A stretch of DNA of 48,524 nucleotides from Gemmatimonadota bacterium (GCA_016209965.1 JACQVE010000033.1:1-48524), one strand, 5' to 3'. Numbered from the stretch's first letter, positions 22,192-31,109 are shown. The notes: a model not told the origin generated them from the sequence alone. A program made the numbers and translations.

Positions 22192-22743
22192 TCAGCCATC
22201 GTGCCGGTTCCAGTCGTAGGGGATTTCAGGCGAACGCGCCGACACGCGGTACTCGTCCGGCTGCTCCCGGTCGTACGGCTCCGTGGGCGTGTTGATCACG
22301 ATCGCTTCTGTCTCCGATATGCACTTGAATCCGTGATACACGTAGGGCGGGATCTGCACCAGCACGGGGTTGTGCTCGCCCATGTAGAATTCATTCACCA
22401 CTCCCCGCGTGGCCGAGCCCTCCCGGGCGTCGTACAGCACCAGCTTGATCATGCCGCGCACACAGACAAAGTAGTCCCACTGGACCCCGTGGTAGTGCCA
22501 CCCCTTGACTACACCAGGATACGCCGTGGTCATGTAGACCTGTCCGAACTTGCGGAACATGGAGTCGTCGCAGCGCAGCATCTCCATGAGCCGCCCCCGC
22601 TCGTCGGGGATCACGCGCAAGGGCTTGATTTCGACCCCCGCGATGCGGCGCGCCGCGCCGCGCTCGAGCGCCGGCGGCAGATTCTCCTCGGCGCCGCGCT
22701 CGCCGAGCTGAGTCCCGCGGGCGTCCACGACAGCCTCGCTCAT
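22192..22743 (-). CDS. RmlC-like cupin (dTDP-4-dehydrorhamnose 3,5-epimerase family, WHxH subtype)
   Basis: IPDERGRLMEMLR...KGWHYHGVQWDYFVCVRGMIKLVLYDAREGSAT...PPYVYHGF matches the cupin sugar-epimerase layout. I trimmed the track ORF (22192..22923) to the ATG at complement 22741-22743, which overlaps the upstream stop (ATGA). Confidence 0.7.
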   Translation of the reverse strand: MSEAVVDARGTQLGERGAEENLPPALERGAARRIAGVEIKPLRVIPDERGRLMEMLRCDDSMFRKFGQVYMTTAYPGVVKGWHYHGVQWDYFVCVRGMIKLVLYDAREGSATRGVVNEFYMGEHNPVLVQIPPYVYHGFKCISETEAIVINTPTEPYDREQPDEYRVSARSPEIPYDWNRHDG

Positions 22744-23537
22744 GCTCCCCCCTTGGCGGGCACGGCAATACCCGCGGCTGCCCCCGCTGACTCGATGCTG
22801 CCCGCGCCAGCCGCCTGCTCCAGCCGATGCTGCCGAACCAGGCTGCTGGCACGGTACAGGCTCTCGAACGTGCCGGCATCCGTCCACCAGCCTTCCAGCA
22901 CCTCGTAGCTCAGGCTGCCCCATTCAATGTAGCGGTTGTTTACATCCGTGATCTCGAGCTCGCCCCGCCGTGAAGGCTCGAGCGTACCAATGATCTCGAA
23001 CACCCTGGCGTCATACAGGTACACGCCGGTCACGGCGTAGCGCGAGGGCGCGACCGCAGGCTTCTCGACGATGCGCACCACACGCCCGCCGTCCAGCACG
23101 GGCACGCCAAACCGTTCCGGATCGTCCACCTCCTTGAGCACGACCAGGGCGCCGCCCCCCTCTTCCCGGAATCGGCGCACCGCCCCAGCTATCGAGTCCT
23201 GGAACAGGTTGTCCCCCAGGATAACGACAATCGGTTCGCCGTCGGCAAAATGCTCCGCCAGCGAGAGCGCCGCCGCAATCCCGCCCTCCCCTTCCTGATA
23301 CGCGTAGTTCAGGTGCTTCAACCCGAACTCATTGCCGTTACCCAGCAGGCGCAAGAATTCCCCCGCGTGATTCCCGCCCGTGATCACCAGGATATCCTCG
23401 ATCCCCGCCTCGACCAGCTTCTCGATGGGATAGAAGACCATCGGGCGATCATACACGGGCAGCAGGTGCTTGTTGGTCACCCGGGTCAGCGGATACATCC
23501 GTGTGCCCAGGCCTCCGGCCAGCACGACGCCTTTCAT
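22740..23537 (-). CDS. Sugar-1-phosphate nucleotidyltransferase (short RmlA-like, probably glucose-1-P thymidylyltransferase)
   Basis: MKGVVLAGGLGTRMYPLTRVTNKHLLPV, the GGxGTR(L/M)xPLT motif. 265 aa. Confidence 0.85.
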   Translation of the reverse strand: MKGVVLAGGLGTRMYPLTRVTNKHLLPVYDRPMVFYPIEKLVEAGIEDILVITGGNHAGEFLRLLGNGNEFGLKHLNYAYQEGEGGIAAALSLAEHFADGEPIVVILGDNLFQDSIAGAVRRFREEGGGALVVLKEVDDPERFGVPVLDGGRVVRIVEKPAVAPSRYAVTGVYLYDARVFEIIGTLEPSRRGELEITDVNNRYIEWGSLSYEVLEGWWTDAGTFESLYRASSLVRQHRLEQAAGAGSIESAGAAAGIAVPAKGGA

Positions 23538-23682
23538 GGGGAACTCTCTTGGGCTGGGGAGAACAGGAAGGTCAGACTAGGGCCGAAAAAGTTGCAGCGT
23601 TTGAGTCAAGTTTCAGGCCACAGCCGCCGTCGCAACAGACGTGCACGAGTCCGGTCACGCAAGAAACCGCTAAGCCGGAAAC

Positions 23683-23694
23683 GTGCACGTGCAC
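23683..23694. promoter_or_regulatory. 12-bp palindrome GTGCACGTGCAC within a cluster of GTGCAC/ACGTGC repeats
   Basis: Read directly. Related copies are at 23639-23647 (ACGTGCACG) and 23707-23720 (ATGCACGTACACGT). All lie in the 229-nt ugd/rmlA-like intergenic region. Confidence 0.6.
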
Positions 23695-23740
23695 ATAGCC
23701 CTGCTCATGCACGTACACGTCCGTTGGCCTACAACTCGTT

Positions 23741-23764
23741 GCTGGGAGGCGGAGCCTCGCCAGC
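23741..23764 (-). terminator. Hairpin immediately downstream of ugd
   Basis: GCTGG-GAGGC-gga-GCCTC-g-CCAGC forms 5+5 bp with a 1-nt bulge. It starts 3 nt after the ugd stop. There is no clear U-tract. Confidence 0.3.
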
Positions 23765-23766
23765 AC

Positions 23767-25104
23767 TCAGTCCGCAACCGCCACGGCCCGACGCGGCGTC
23801 GCGTTGCGCCGCCCGATGCTGGAGTACTCGAAGCCCAGCTCCTGCATCCGCAAAGGTTCGAACAGGTTGCGTCCGTCGAAAATGACGGGCTGGCGCATGA
23901 GCGCCCGCATGCGCTGGAAGTCTGGCCGGCGGTACGGCTTCCACTCGGTCAGAATCACAAGCGCATCGGCGCCGTCAATGGCGTCGTAGTTATGCTCGGC
24001 GTAGACCAGGCGGGGCCCGAAGTGCTGCCTGGCGGCGCTCAGCGCCTGCGGGTCGTGCACCTGAACGCGCGCGCCCCGCTCGAGCAACCCTGCTACGACC
24101 AGCAGAGACGGCGCCTCGCGCACGTCGTCTGTGTCCGGCTTGAAGCTGAGCCCCCACACCGCCACGGTCAGCCCCGAGAGATCGCGACCCAAGCGCTGGT
24201 TCACCGCCTCGAGTGCCCACCGCTTCTGCAGCTCGTTCACCCGCTCCACCGATTCCAGGATGCCGGCCTCCACGCCGTACTCCTGCAGTGTGCGGGTCAG
24301 CGCCCTCACATCCTTGGGGAAGCAGCTCCCGCCGTACCCGCACCCCGCGAACAGGAATGCCGGCCCGATGCGCGCGTCGGTGCCCATGCCTTTGCGCACC
24401 AGGTCGACGTCAGCGCCTACCTCTGCACACAGCCGGGCGATCATGTTCATGAACGAGATGCGGGTGGCCAGCATGGCGTTCGCGGCGTACTTCGTGATTT
24501 CGGCGGAAGCGATGTCCATGAACAGGATCGGATTCCCCGTGCGCACGAAGGGCGCATACAGCTCTTCCAGCACCTCCTGCGCGTACTCGGAATCCACCCC
24601 GACTACCACGCGGTCCGGCTTCATGAAGTCGTCGACCGCCGCGCCTTCCTTCAGGAACTCGGGGTTCGAGCAGATGTGGACCCGGAACCTGGTGCGTTGT
24701 TCGATGGTCTCGCGCACGCGCCGCGCCGTGCCCACCGGAACCGTGCTCTTGGTGACGATCACCTTCTCGCCGTTCATGTTCTCGCCGATGGCTTCGGCGA
24801 CCGCGAGCACGTGCTGCAGATCCGCGCTGCCGTCCTCGTCCGGCGGAGTCCCTACAGCTATGAAGATGATCGCCGACTCGCGCACAGCCAGCCCCACATC
24901 CGTGGTGAAGCGCAGCCGCCCCTCCTCCAGGTTCCGCTGCACCAGCGGCTCGAGGCCCGGCTCATAGATGGGGATCTCGCCCTTGCCCAGACGCTCGATC
25001 TTGGCCGCATCGATATCGGCGCAGATCACGTCATTGCCCGTCTCGGCCAGGCCGGCTCCCACTACCAGACCGACGTAGCCGCTCCCGATCACTCCGACAT
25101 GCAT
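23767..25104 (-). CDS. ugd: UDP-glucose 6-dehydrogenase
   Basis: Motifs seen: VIGSGYVGLV, NPEFLKEG and the catalytic-Cys motif GYGGSCFPKDV. 445 aa. Confidence 0.93.
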   Translation of the reverse strand: MHVGVIGSGYVGLVVGAGLAETGNDVICADIDAAKIERLGKGEIPIYEPGLEPLVQRNLEEGRLRFTTDVGLAVRESAIIFIAVGTPPDEDGSADLQHVLAVAEAIGENMNGEKVIVTKSTVPVGTARRVRETIEQRTRFRVHICSNPEFLKEGAAVDDFMKPDRVVVGVDSEYAQEVLEELYAPFVRTGNPILFMDIASAEITKYAANAMLATRISFMNMIARLCAEVGADVDLVRKGMGTDARIGPAFLFAGCGYGGSCFPKDVRALTRTLQEYGVEAGILESVERVNELQKRWALEAVNQRLGRDLSGLTVAVWGLSFKPDTDDVREAPSLLVVAGLLERGARVQVHDPQALSAARQHFGPRLVYAEHNYDAIDGADALVILTEWKPYRRPDFQRMRALMRQPVIFDGRNLFEPLRMQELGFEYSSIGRRNATPRRAVAVAD

Positions 25105-25235
25105 GGCAACATTCTCTCTACCGGGTTACCCGCCAGGCGGCCGCCACGCGCCCGCCGATCGCAGGGCAAGCAACAAGCGCGAGTGCCGATCGCGGCCCTG
25201 GCCAGCCCCGCGAAATGGCCTGCGACAGCGCGCCA

Positions 25236-26360
25236 TCAAGAAATAGAATAAAACTGTTCCACCCGCAGTGCCACCTCCTCCAACTGCGCCCGCGTCAACT
25301 CGGGATAAAGCGGCAGGCTGATAACTTCCGCCGCAGCTTGTTCACTGGCCGGCAGGTCCCCTGCCCGGTAGCCCAATGCCGCGAAGCAGGGCTGAAGGTG
25401 CAGCGGCATCGGGTAGTACACCGCGTTGCCGATGCCGTGCGCGTCCAGAAATCGCTTCAGCTCATCGCGCCGCTGGACCCGCACAGTGTAGACGCTGTAG
25501 ACGTGCTCGGTGCCCGCGCGGCACGCCGGCACCGTCAGCTCGGGAGCCAGCCCGGCGAGCCGATCGTGGTAGGCCGAGGCGTGCCGCCGCCGCAGCTCGA
25601 GCCAGCCCGCGAGGCGGGGCAGTTTGACGCTCAGCACGGCGGCCTGCAGCGCGTCTAAACGGGAGTTCGTGCCTACCAGCTCGTGGTGGTACATCTTGTG
25701 GCCGCCGTGCACTCGCAGCTTGCGCAGCCGGTCCGCCAGCGCGCCGTCCCGCGTGACCACCATGCCGCCGTCGCCGAACCCGCCCAGTGTCTTGCTGGGG
25801 TAGAAGGAAAAGCAGCCGGCCGCGCCAGCCGTGCCGGCGTGCCGCCACTCGCCCTGGATCTGCTGGCGGGCGCCGAAAGCTTGCGCGGCATCCTCGATCA
25901 CCGTCATGCTGTGCCGCGCCGCCAGCTCGAGCAGCGGCTCCATGGGAGCCATCTGCCCGAAGAGATGGACGGCTACCATGGCACGGGTCCGATCCGTGAG
26001 CCGGGCCTCAACATCCGCCGGGTCGAGGCTGAACGTCTCCGGATCGATGTCGGCGAAGACCGGGCGCAATCCGCAATTCCATACCGCGCCGGCGGTGGCA
26101 AAAAAGGTGAACGCGGGAACGATGACTTCGTCGCCTGGATCGAGCTGCAGCGCCCGAAGCGTGAGCAGTAGCGCGTCCGTCCCGCTGGCGCAGCCGATGG
26201 CGTGTGGAACACCGACGAAAGCGGCCACTCCGCGCTCGAAGCGCTGCACCGCCGGCCCCAGGATAAAGCTCTGGGAAGCCAGAAGCTCGGCGATGGCTTC
26301 CTCGAGCGGGTCGCGCAGGGCCGCATATTGTGCCTCGAGATCCAGCAGCGGAACGGGCAT
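25236..26360 (-). CDS. DegT/DnrJ/EryC1/StrS-family PLP-dependent sugar aminotransferase
   Basis: Motifs seen: LLDLEAQYAAL, CASGTDAL, IEDAAQAFG and SFYPSKTLGGFGDGG (PLP lysine). Confidence 0.9.
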   Translation of the reverse strand: MPVPLLDLEAQYAALRDPLEEAIAELLASQSFILGPAVQRFERGVAAFVGVPHAIGCASGTDALLLTLRALQLDPGDEVIVPAFTFFATAGAVWNCGLRPVFADIDPETFSLDPADVEARLTDRTRAMVAVHLFGQMAPMEPLLELAARHSMTVIEDAAQAFGARQQIQGEWRHAGTAGAAGCFSFYPSKTLGGFGDGGMVVTRDGALADRLRKLRVHGGHKMYHHELVGTNSRLDALQAAVLSVKLPRLAGWLELRRRHASAYHDRLAGLAPELTVPACRAGTEHVYSVYTVRVQRRDELKRFLDAHGIGNAVYYPMPLHLQPCFAALGYRAGDLPASEQAAAEVISLPLYPELTRAQLEEVALRVEQFYSIS

Positions 26361-26387
26361 GCGGCTAGGCGGCTGGGGTCCGCGCAG

Positions 26388-27326
26388 TCAACCGCGCGCC
26401 GGCGCCGCAGCGAAGAATTCGATGGTGCGCTCGAGGCCCTCCGAAAGCCCGACCGCGGGCTGGTAATCGAGGCGCTCCGCCTTGTCCAGCGAGGCAAGCG
26501 AGTCGCGCACATCACCGGCCCGCGGCGGCTCGTGCACCGGCTCCAGCTCAGCACCTGTCAGCTCGCGGATCCGCCGCCACAGCTCGTTCACGCTGATCCG
26601 CTCGCCGGACGCGATGTTGAATATCTCGCCCCCTACGCCAGCGGCGGCCGCCGCCTGCAGGTTCGCACGCACCACATTGGCCACAAATGTGAAGTCGCGC
26701 GTCTGCTCGCCATCGCCGTAGATCACGGGCGGCGCGCCCGCCAGCGCCGCACTGACGAAGCGAGGTACCACGGCCGCGTATTGCGACGCCGGGTCCTGCC
26801 GCGGCCCGAAGACGTTGAAGTAGCGTAGCACGACCGTCTCCAGGCCGTAGGCCTCATAGAACGCCCGGCAGTACATCTCACCGGCCAACTTGGACGCCGC
26901 GTAGGGGGAAAGGGGGGCGGCCTCCATGTCCTCGCGTTTGGGCAGCTCGGGCGCATTGCCGTACGCGGACGAGGACCCGGCGTATACCACCCGGCGCACG
27001 CCGGCGTCCCGGGCGGCGACCAGAAGATTCAGCGTGCCCGTGGCATTCACCTCGTGGGTCGTGTGCGGCTCCCGAACGGAACGCGGCACCGAGGGCAGTG
27101 CCGCCTGGTGGAACACCACGTCCGCACCTGCGCTCGCGCGGGCGCACACCTCCGGATCCACGATGCTTCCCTCGACCAGCTCGAGGGCCTCCAGCACAGT
27201 GGCCAGGTTCTCCCGGGTGCCGGTCGAGAAATCGTCCAGCACCACCACCCGGTGCCCCGCGTTCACCAGCTCTTCCGCCAGATGCGAGCCGATGAAGCCG
27301 GCCCCGCCTGTGACCAGGTAACGCAT
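26388..27326 (-). CDS. Extended-SDR sugar-nucleotide 4-epimerase (WbpP/TviC-like)
   Basis: Motifs seen: MRYLVTGGAGFIGSH, SPYAASKLAGE and RYFNVFGPRQDPASQYAAVVPRF. I trimmed the track ORF (26388..27425) to the ATG at complement 27324-27326. Confidence 0.85.
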   Translation of the reverse strand: MRYLVTGGAGFIGSHLAEELVNAGHRVVVLDDFSTGTRENLATVLEALELVEGSIVDPEVCARASAGADVVFHQAALPSVPRSVREPHTTHEVNATGTLNLLVAARDAGVRRVVYAGSSSAYGNAPELPKREDMEAAPLSPYAASKLAGEMYCRAFYEAYGLETVVLRYFNVFGPRQDPASQYAAVVPRFVSAALAGAPPVIYGDGEQTRDFTFVANVVRANLQAAAAAGVGGEIFNIASGERISVNELWRRIRELTGAELEPVHEPPRAGDVRDSLASLDKAERLDYQPAVGLSEGLERTIEFFAAAPARG

Positions 27327-27351
27327 CAATCGCCAGCCCCACGTAACTTGA

Positions 27352-28680
27352 TCAGGACCCGTCAGAGCGGCCGGCGAAGGTAGGGGCCGGCTCCAGGGCA
27401 GGCAAGGCCGAGGAGCCTCGCGCACGCCGGCCCCGTGCCTGGGCCAGCGCGACTACGCCGCCGCCAGCCAGCGTCACCAGCAAGGGGTCGATCAGCGGGA
27501 CGCGGTACCGGGTGATCATGATGAACGGAAGGTGCACGAGCGTGAGAAGCACGGCGTAGATGATCAGCAGTCGCACGGCGGTCTGCTTGCTGTGCCAGAG
27601 CGCCCAACCGCCTGCCGCCGCCAGGGCGAGCAGCAGCCAGTGTAGCAGCACGCCGGCCGCGCGGAGTGCGCGCTGCGCAGGTGGGAAGGATTGCGTCGCC
27701 AGGAGCTGGTCCGTGCTCAGCCAGAAATCGCTCAGCTTCTTCAAGCTAAGAGAAGCCATGCCCCACCCATTCTCCCGCCAGAGTTGCCTGGCCACCGCCC
27801 AGGCGTGCTCCTGCAGCTCGGACTCCGAGGGCAAGGACAGGCGGTGCTCGGGCCGGTTGGTCTCCAGGTGCAGCGCCGTCCAGCCCAGCGCGTCCACGAT
27901 CTTGGCCGGCCCATCAAACTGGGTCCGGCCCCCGGGCGTGATCAATGCGATCGCCGCGTTCGGGCCGCTCTGCGTCGAGTAGAGCACTTTCCCGTCGAAC
28001 ACGCGCACGTTGCGCACCACCCAGGGCACGAGCGGCAACGCCACCAGTGCCAGCAGAAGCAACCCCCGCCCCACGCCTGCACGCCCCGTTCCGGGCCGCG
28101 CGGCCGCCAGCAGACCGACACCTGCGAAGCCAGCGCTGTTGAAGCGGAAGAGCGCACCCACTCCCACCAGCAATCCAAGGCCGGCCGCGGAGTGCCAGCC
28201 CGGCCGCTCCAGTTGCGCCACCACCCCGAACAGGAAGGCCGCCGTGATCAGTGCCGCAATGGTCTCGGAATGGACCTCGCCCGTGACATAGACGAGTGTG
28301 GGCGTGAACAGCCCGATCAGCAACGCGGCCCGGCCCGCCACCCCGCCAAACAGCCGAGCGGCGAGACCAGCGCAAACCACCACGGTGACGAGCCCCAGCA
28401 GGAATTGCAGCCAGCGCACGGCCGCCATGTAGCGCACGGGGAAGAGCCGCATGGCCGTGGCCAGGATCAGCGGGTAGCCCGGCGGGCGGTACGCAGTCGG
28501 CTGTCCGGCGTACGTATACCCCTTCCCTTCATTCAGATTCTGCGCCAGTGTGAGGTACGCAGGCGTGTCGCTGCCGCCGCTCCACGGGGCGTAAAGTCGC
28601 GTTCCCGGCACGGCCACAACCAGCGCCCGCAGCAGCAGGGCCACGCCCACGGCCGCCAGGAAGCTGCCCGTCCTCCTCAT
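27352..28680 (-). CDS. GT-C fold membrane glycosyltransferase (GT39/ArnT-like, PMT_2-type)
   Basis: Polytopic. The N-terminal loop SDTPAYLTLAQNLNEGKGYTY...YRPPGYPLILA is the pattern I associate with ArnT/PMT_2 proteins. I trimmed the ORF to the ATG at complement 28678-28680 (MRRTGSF). Confidence 0.8.
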   Translation of the reverse strand: MRRTGSFLAAVGVALLLRALVVAVPGTRLYAPWSGGSDTPAYLTLAQNLNEGKGYTYAGQPTAYRPPGYPLILATAMRLFPVRYMAAVRWLQFLLGLVTVVVCAGLAARLFGGVAGRAALLIGLFTPTLVYVTGEVHSETIAALITAAFLFGVVAQLERPGWHSAAGLGLLVGVGALFRFNSAGFAGVGLLAAARPGTGRAGVGRGLLLLALVALPLVPWVVRNVRVFDGKVLYSTQSGPNAAIALITPGGRTQFDGPAKIVDALGWTALHLETNRPEHRLSLPSESELQEHAWAVARQLWRENGWGMASLSLKKLSDFWLSTDQLLATQSFPPAQRALRAAGVLLHWLLLALAAAGGWALWHSKQTAVRLLIIYAVLLTLVHLPFIMITRYRVPLIDPLLVTLAGGGVVALAQARGRRARGSSALPALEPAPTFAGRSDGS

Positions 28681-28687
28681 TCGCTCC

Positions 28688-29194
28688 TTATCGCGGCAGG
28701 CGGCCACCGCCTGTCGCCAACGCCTGTTGCCCGCGGCCCCGCCACAACCCGCAGACTCCGAGCAGCCCGCCGCCCGCCAGCGTGACCAGCAGCGGGTCCA
28801 TCAAGGGCGCGCGGTAGCGGGCGTTCATGACGAAGGGAACATGCATGAGCGTGAGCAGGACGACATAAGTCCCCAACAGGCCGGCGATCTTCTGATTCCG
28901 CCGCCATAGCGCCCATCCGCCAGCCACAGCCAGCACCAGGAGCAGCCAGTAGGCAAGCACCGCCAGGGCGCGCCCCGCGCGTACCGCCCGGGTCAACCCT
29001 TGCGTCGAGAAAAGCTGGGCGGTGCTCAGCCAGAAGTAACCAAGCTTCCTGATGGTCAGCGGCAGCATCCGCCACCCCTCGGTCCGCCAGTGACGCCGAG
29101 CGACCTGCCAGGAGCGGGGGAGTCGCGAGCTCTGCCAACGCACGCAGCAGGCGCCCGGCGGGTTCAGGAAAGTGATCCGCGTCATTCTATTCAT
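28688..29194 (-). pseudogene. 3'-terminal remnant of a second GT39/ArnT-like gene (chimeric 168-codon ORF)
   Basis: WQVARRHWRTEGWRMLPLTIRKLGYFWLSTAQLF...LTLMHVPFVMNARYRAPLMDPLLVTLAGGG aligns with the last ~150 aa of the 27352-28680 product (WAVARQLWRENGWGMASLSLKKLSDFWLSTDQLL...LTLVHLPFIMITRYRVPLIDPLLVTLAGGG). The first ~300 codons of a full-length gene are missing. Confidence 0.65.
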
Positions 29195-29197
29195 TCA

Positions 29198-29932
29198 TCA
29201 GGCGATACGCTGCAAAAGACAATCGAATTCAATCACGCGATGCCGATCATCCTCCACAGCGGGGAAAAAGCCGCTAATCTCGAATCCGAGCTGGTTCAAG
29301 TAGCCGATCGACTCGAGAAACCCCTTCACGCCCTTGTAAAGCGGCTTCACCGAAATCTCGATCTGCAACAATTGAATCGCCTCGATTCGGGAGCCCGCCC
29401 CCTCCAGAACCTGGAAGTCGTATCCCTGGGTGTCGATCTTCAGGAAGAGCGACAAGGGGTCAAAGCGCGCGGCGCATTCATTCAGAATGACTTCAACACG
29501 ACGCATCGGTACGATTGTCGTTCGCACCACGCCGGCTCTGTCTCCAAATTGGGTCAAGGCGTATTCCGTGGGTTCCAGAATAGAGGAGAAATTGGTTCCC
29601 CCCATGACATTTATGAGCACGCTGCCGTTGGTAGCACCCAGCGCAACCTGTCGGGCATGCCACCTGGGATCCCGAGCGCACCTCCGACAAAGCTCGCGAA
29701 AGCTCTCGGGAACTGGCTCGAACGAGATAATGTCTCCATCATAGCCAAGTCGGCGCAGCTTCAGCCCGAACTCGCCGCAATGTGCGCCCACATCTAGCAC
29801 GCAGTTGATCTCGTTTCCCTTCAGCACGGCTCGGAGCCGCCGCTCCAGCGAATTCGCTGGCGGGTACCGATCAAGGAAGAAACCGAAACGCTCGGCGGCT
29901 CCCTTTACCAAACGCGTAATGCCATGGAGCAT
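29198..29932 (-). CDS. FkbM-family SAM-dependent methyltransferase
   Basis: Motifs seen: VLDVGAHCGEFG, FEP, and LKIDTQGYDFQVLEG (the FkbM-type KIDxEGxE-like motif). ATG at complement 29930-29932 with GGAGG 7 nt upstream; the track ORF extends spuriously to 30319. G+C is markedly lower than in the neighbours. Confidence 0.85.
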   Translation of the reverse strand: MLHGITRLVKGAAERFGFFLDRYPPANSLERRLRAVLKGNEINCVLDVGAHCGEFGLKLRRLGYDGDIISFEPVPESFRELCRRCARDPRWHARQVALGATNGSVLINVMGGTNFSSILEPTEYALTQFGDRAGVVRTTIVPMRRVEVILNECAARFDPLSLFLKIDTQGYDFQVLEGAGSRIEAIQLLQIEISVKPLYKGVKGFLESIGYLNQLGFEISGFFPAVEDDRHRVIEFDCLLQRIA

Positions 29933-30058
29933 CACCCCTCCGACGGAACGGCACTCGCGCCCATGAGCTCCCGTCTTTCGCCCGCCTTGCCCCGATACTA
30001 GAATGCCCAGCTGGCCGAGGTCGAACCCCAACCTGCAGCATGGAGAGCGCAACACGCG

Positions 30059-31102
30059 ATGAAGGCCAGCCCCCGCGCCATCCTGGTGACCGGCGCCGCC
30101 GGCTTCATTGGGAGCCACCTGGTAGAAAAACTGCTGGAGCGCGGGGAACGCGTGATCGGCGTCGACAACCTCGATGCCTTCTACTCCCCCGCCGAGAAGC
30201 GCAGGAACCTGTCCGCACCCCTGGGACACAATGAGTTCCGGCTCGTCGAAGCCGACTGCGCCGACCTCGAGACTCTGGATCGGGAGCTCGCAGGCGAAAC
30301 CATCGACGTGATCGTGCACCTGGCAGCGAAGGCGGGAGTCCGGCCATCCATCCGCGATCCCATAGGTTACACGCGGGCCAACGTGCTGGGAACGCAGTCC
30401 ATTCTCGAGCTGGCGCGGCGCCGCGGCGTGACCCGCTTCATCTTCGGCTCGTCCTCATCGGTCTACGGCAATAACCCCAAACTGCCCTTCTCAGAAGCCG
30501 ACCCTGTGGACCGCCCCATCTCTCCCTACGCCGCGACCAAGCGGGCGGGCGAGATCCTGTGCCACGTCTACCATCATCTGCACGGTATCTCCGTCCTGGC
30601 GCTCCGCTTCTTCACCGTCTACGGCCCCAGGCAGCGCCCCGACCTCGCGATCCGCAAGTTCGCTACGCTCATGCTGCGAGGAGAGCCGATCCCCATGTAC
30701 GGGGACGGGAGCACGGAGCGGGATTATACCTGGATCGAGGACATCCTCCAGGGTGTGCTCGCGGCGATAGACCGCACCCGCAACGCCCCGGCCGAGTTCG
30801 AGATCGTGAATCTGGGGGAGAGTCGGACCACCAGCCTGCGCAAGTTGATCGAGCTCATTGCCGGCGCACTCGGGCTCGAGCCACGCATCGAGCAGCACCC
30901 CTTTCAGCCGGGTGACGTACTCCGCACCTGTGCCGACGTAAGCAAGGCCAGACAGCTTCTGGGGTATGCGCCCGGCACGCCGGTCGAGGCCGGGATTCCC
31001 CGCTTTGTCGCCTGGCTCCGTGCCCAGCCCGGGCCGGGAGGCGAGCCAGCCGGTGCAGCCCAATTGCGCGACATTGCCAGCGCAGGTGGATCAGCCGACT
31101 GA
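30059..31102 (+). CDS. Extended-SDR epimerase, UDP-glucuronate 4-epimerase-like
   Basis: Motifs seen: ILVTGAAGFIGSH, SPYAATKRAGE and RFFTVYGPRQRPDLAIRKF. Confidence 0.8.
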   Translation: MKASPRAILVTGAAGFIGSHLVEKLLERGERVIGVDNLDAFYSPAEKRRNLSAPLGHNEFRLVEADCADLETLDRELAGETIDVIVHLAAKAGVRPSIRDPIGYTRANVLGTQSILELARRRGVTRFIFGSSSSVYGNNPKLPFSEADPVDRPISPYAATKRAGEILCHVYHHLHGISVLALRFFTVYGPRQRPDLAIRKFATLMLRGEPIPMYGDGSTERDYTWIEDILQGVLAAIDRTRNAPAEFEIVNLGESRTTSLRKLIELIAGALGLEPRIEQHPFQPGDVLRTCADVSKARQLLGYAPGTPVEAGIPRFVAWLRAQPGPGGEPAGAAQLRDIASAGGSAD

Positions 31103-31109
31103 GTGGTCG

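Noticed and set aside
23853-23866. GGTTCGAAC, a tRNA T-loop-like string. Other GGTTCGA-like strings occur near 33980.
   Set aside because: It lies inside the well-supported ugd coding frame, and no acceptor or anticodon arms can be built around it. I found no tRNA in any intergenic gap.
29845-29860. Perfect 16-bp palindrome CCAGCGAATTCGCTGG inside the FkbM gene. Similar 12-bp palindromes occur at 45883-45894 (GCCGAATTCGGC) and 37011-37022.
   Set aside because: About 0.7 perfect 16-bp palindromes are expected by chance in 48.5 kb (48.5e3/4^8). These are in coding sequence or unremarkable, and they share only the CGAATTCG core with the 26-bp element.
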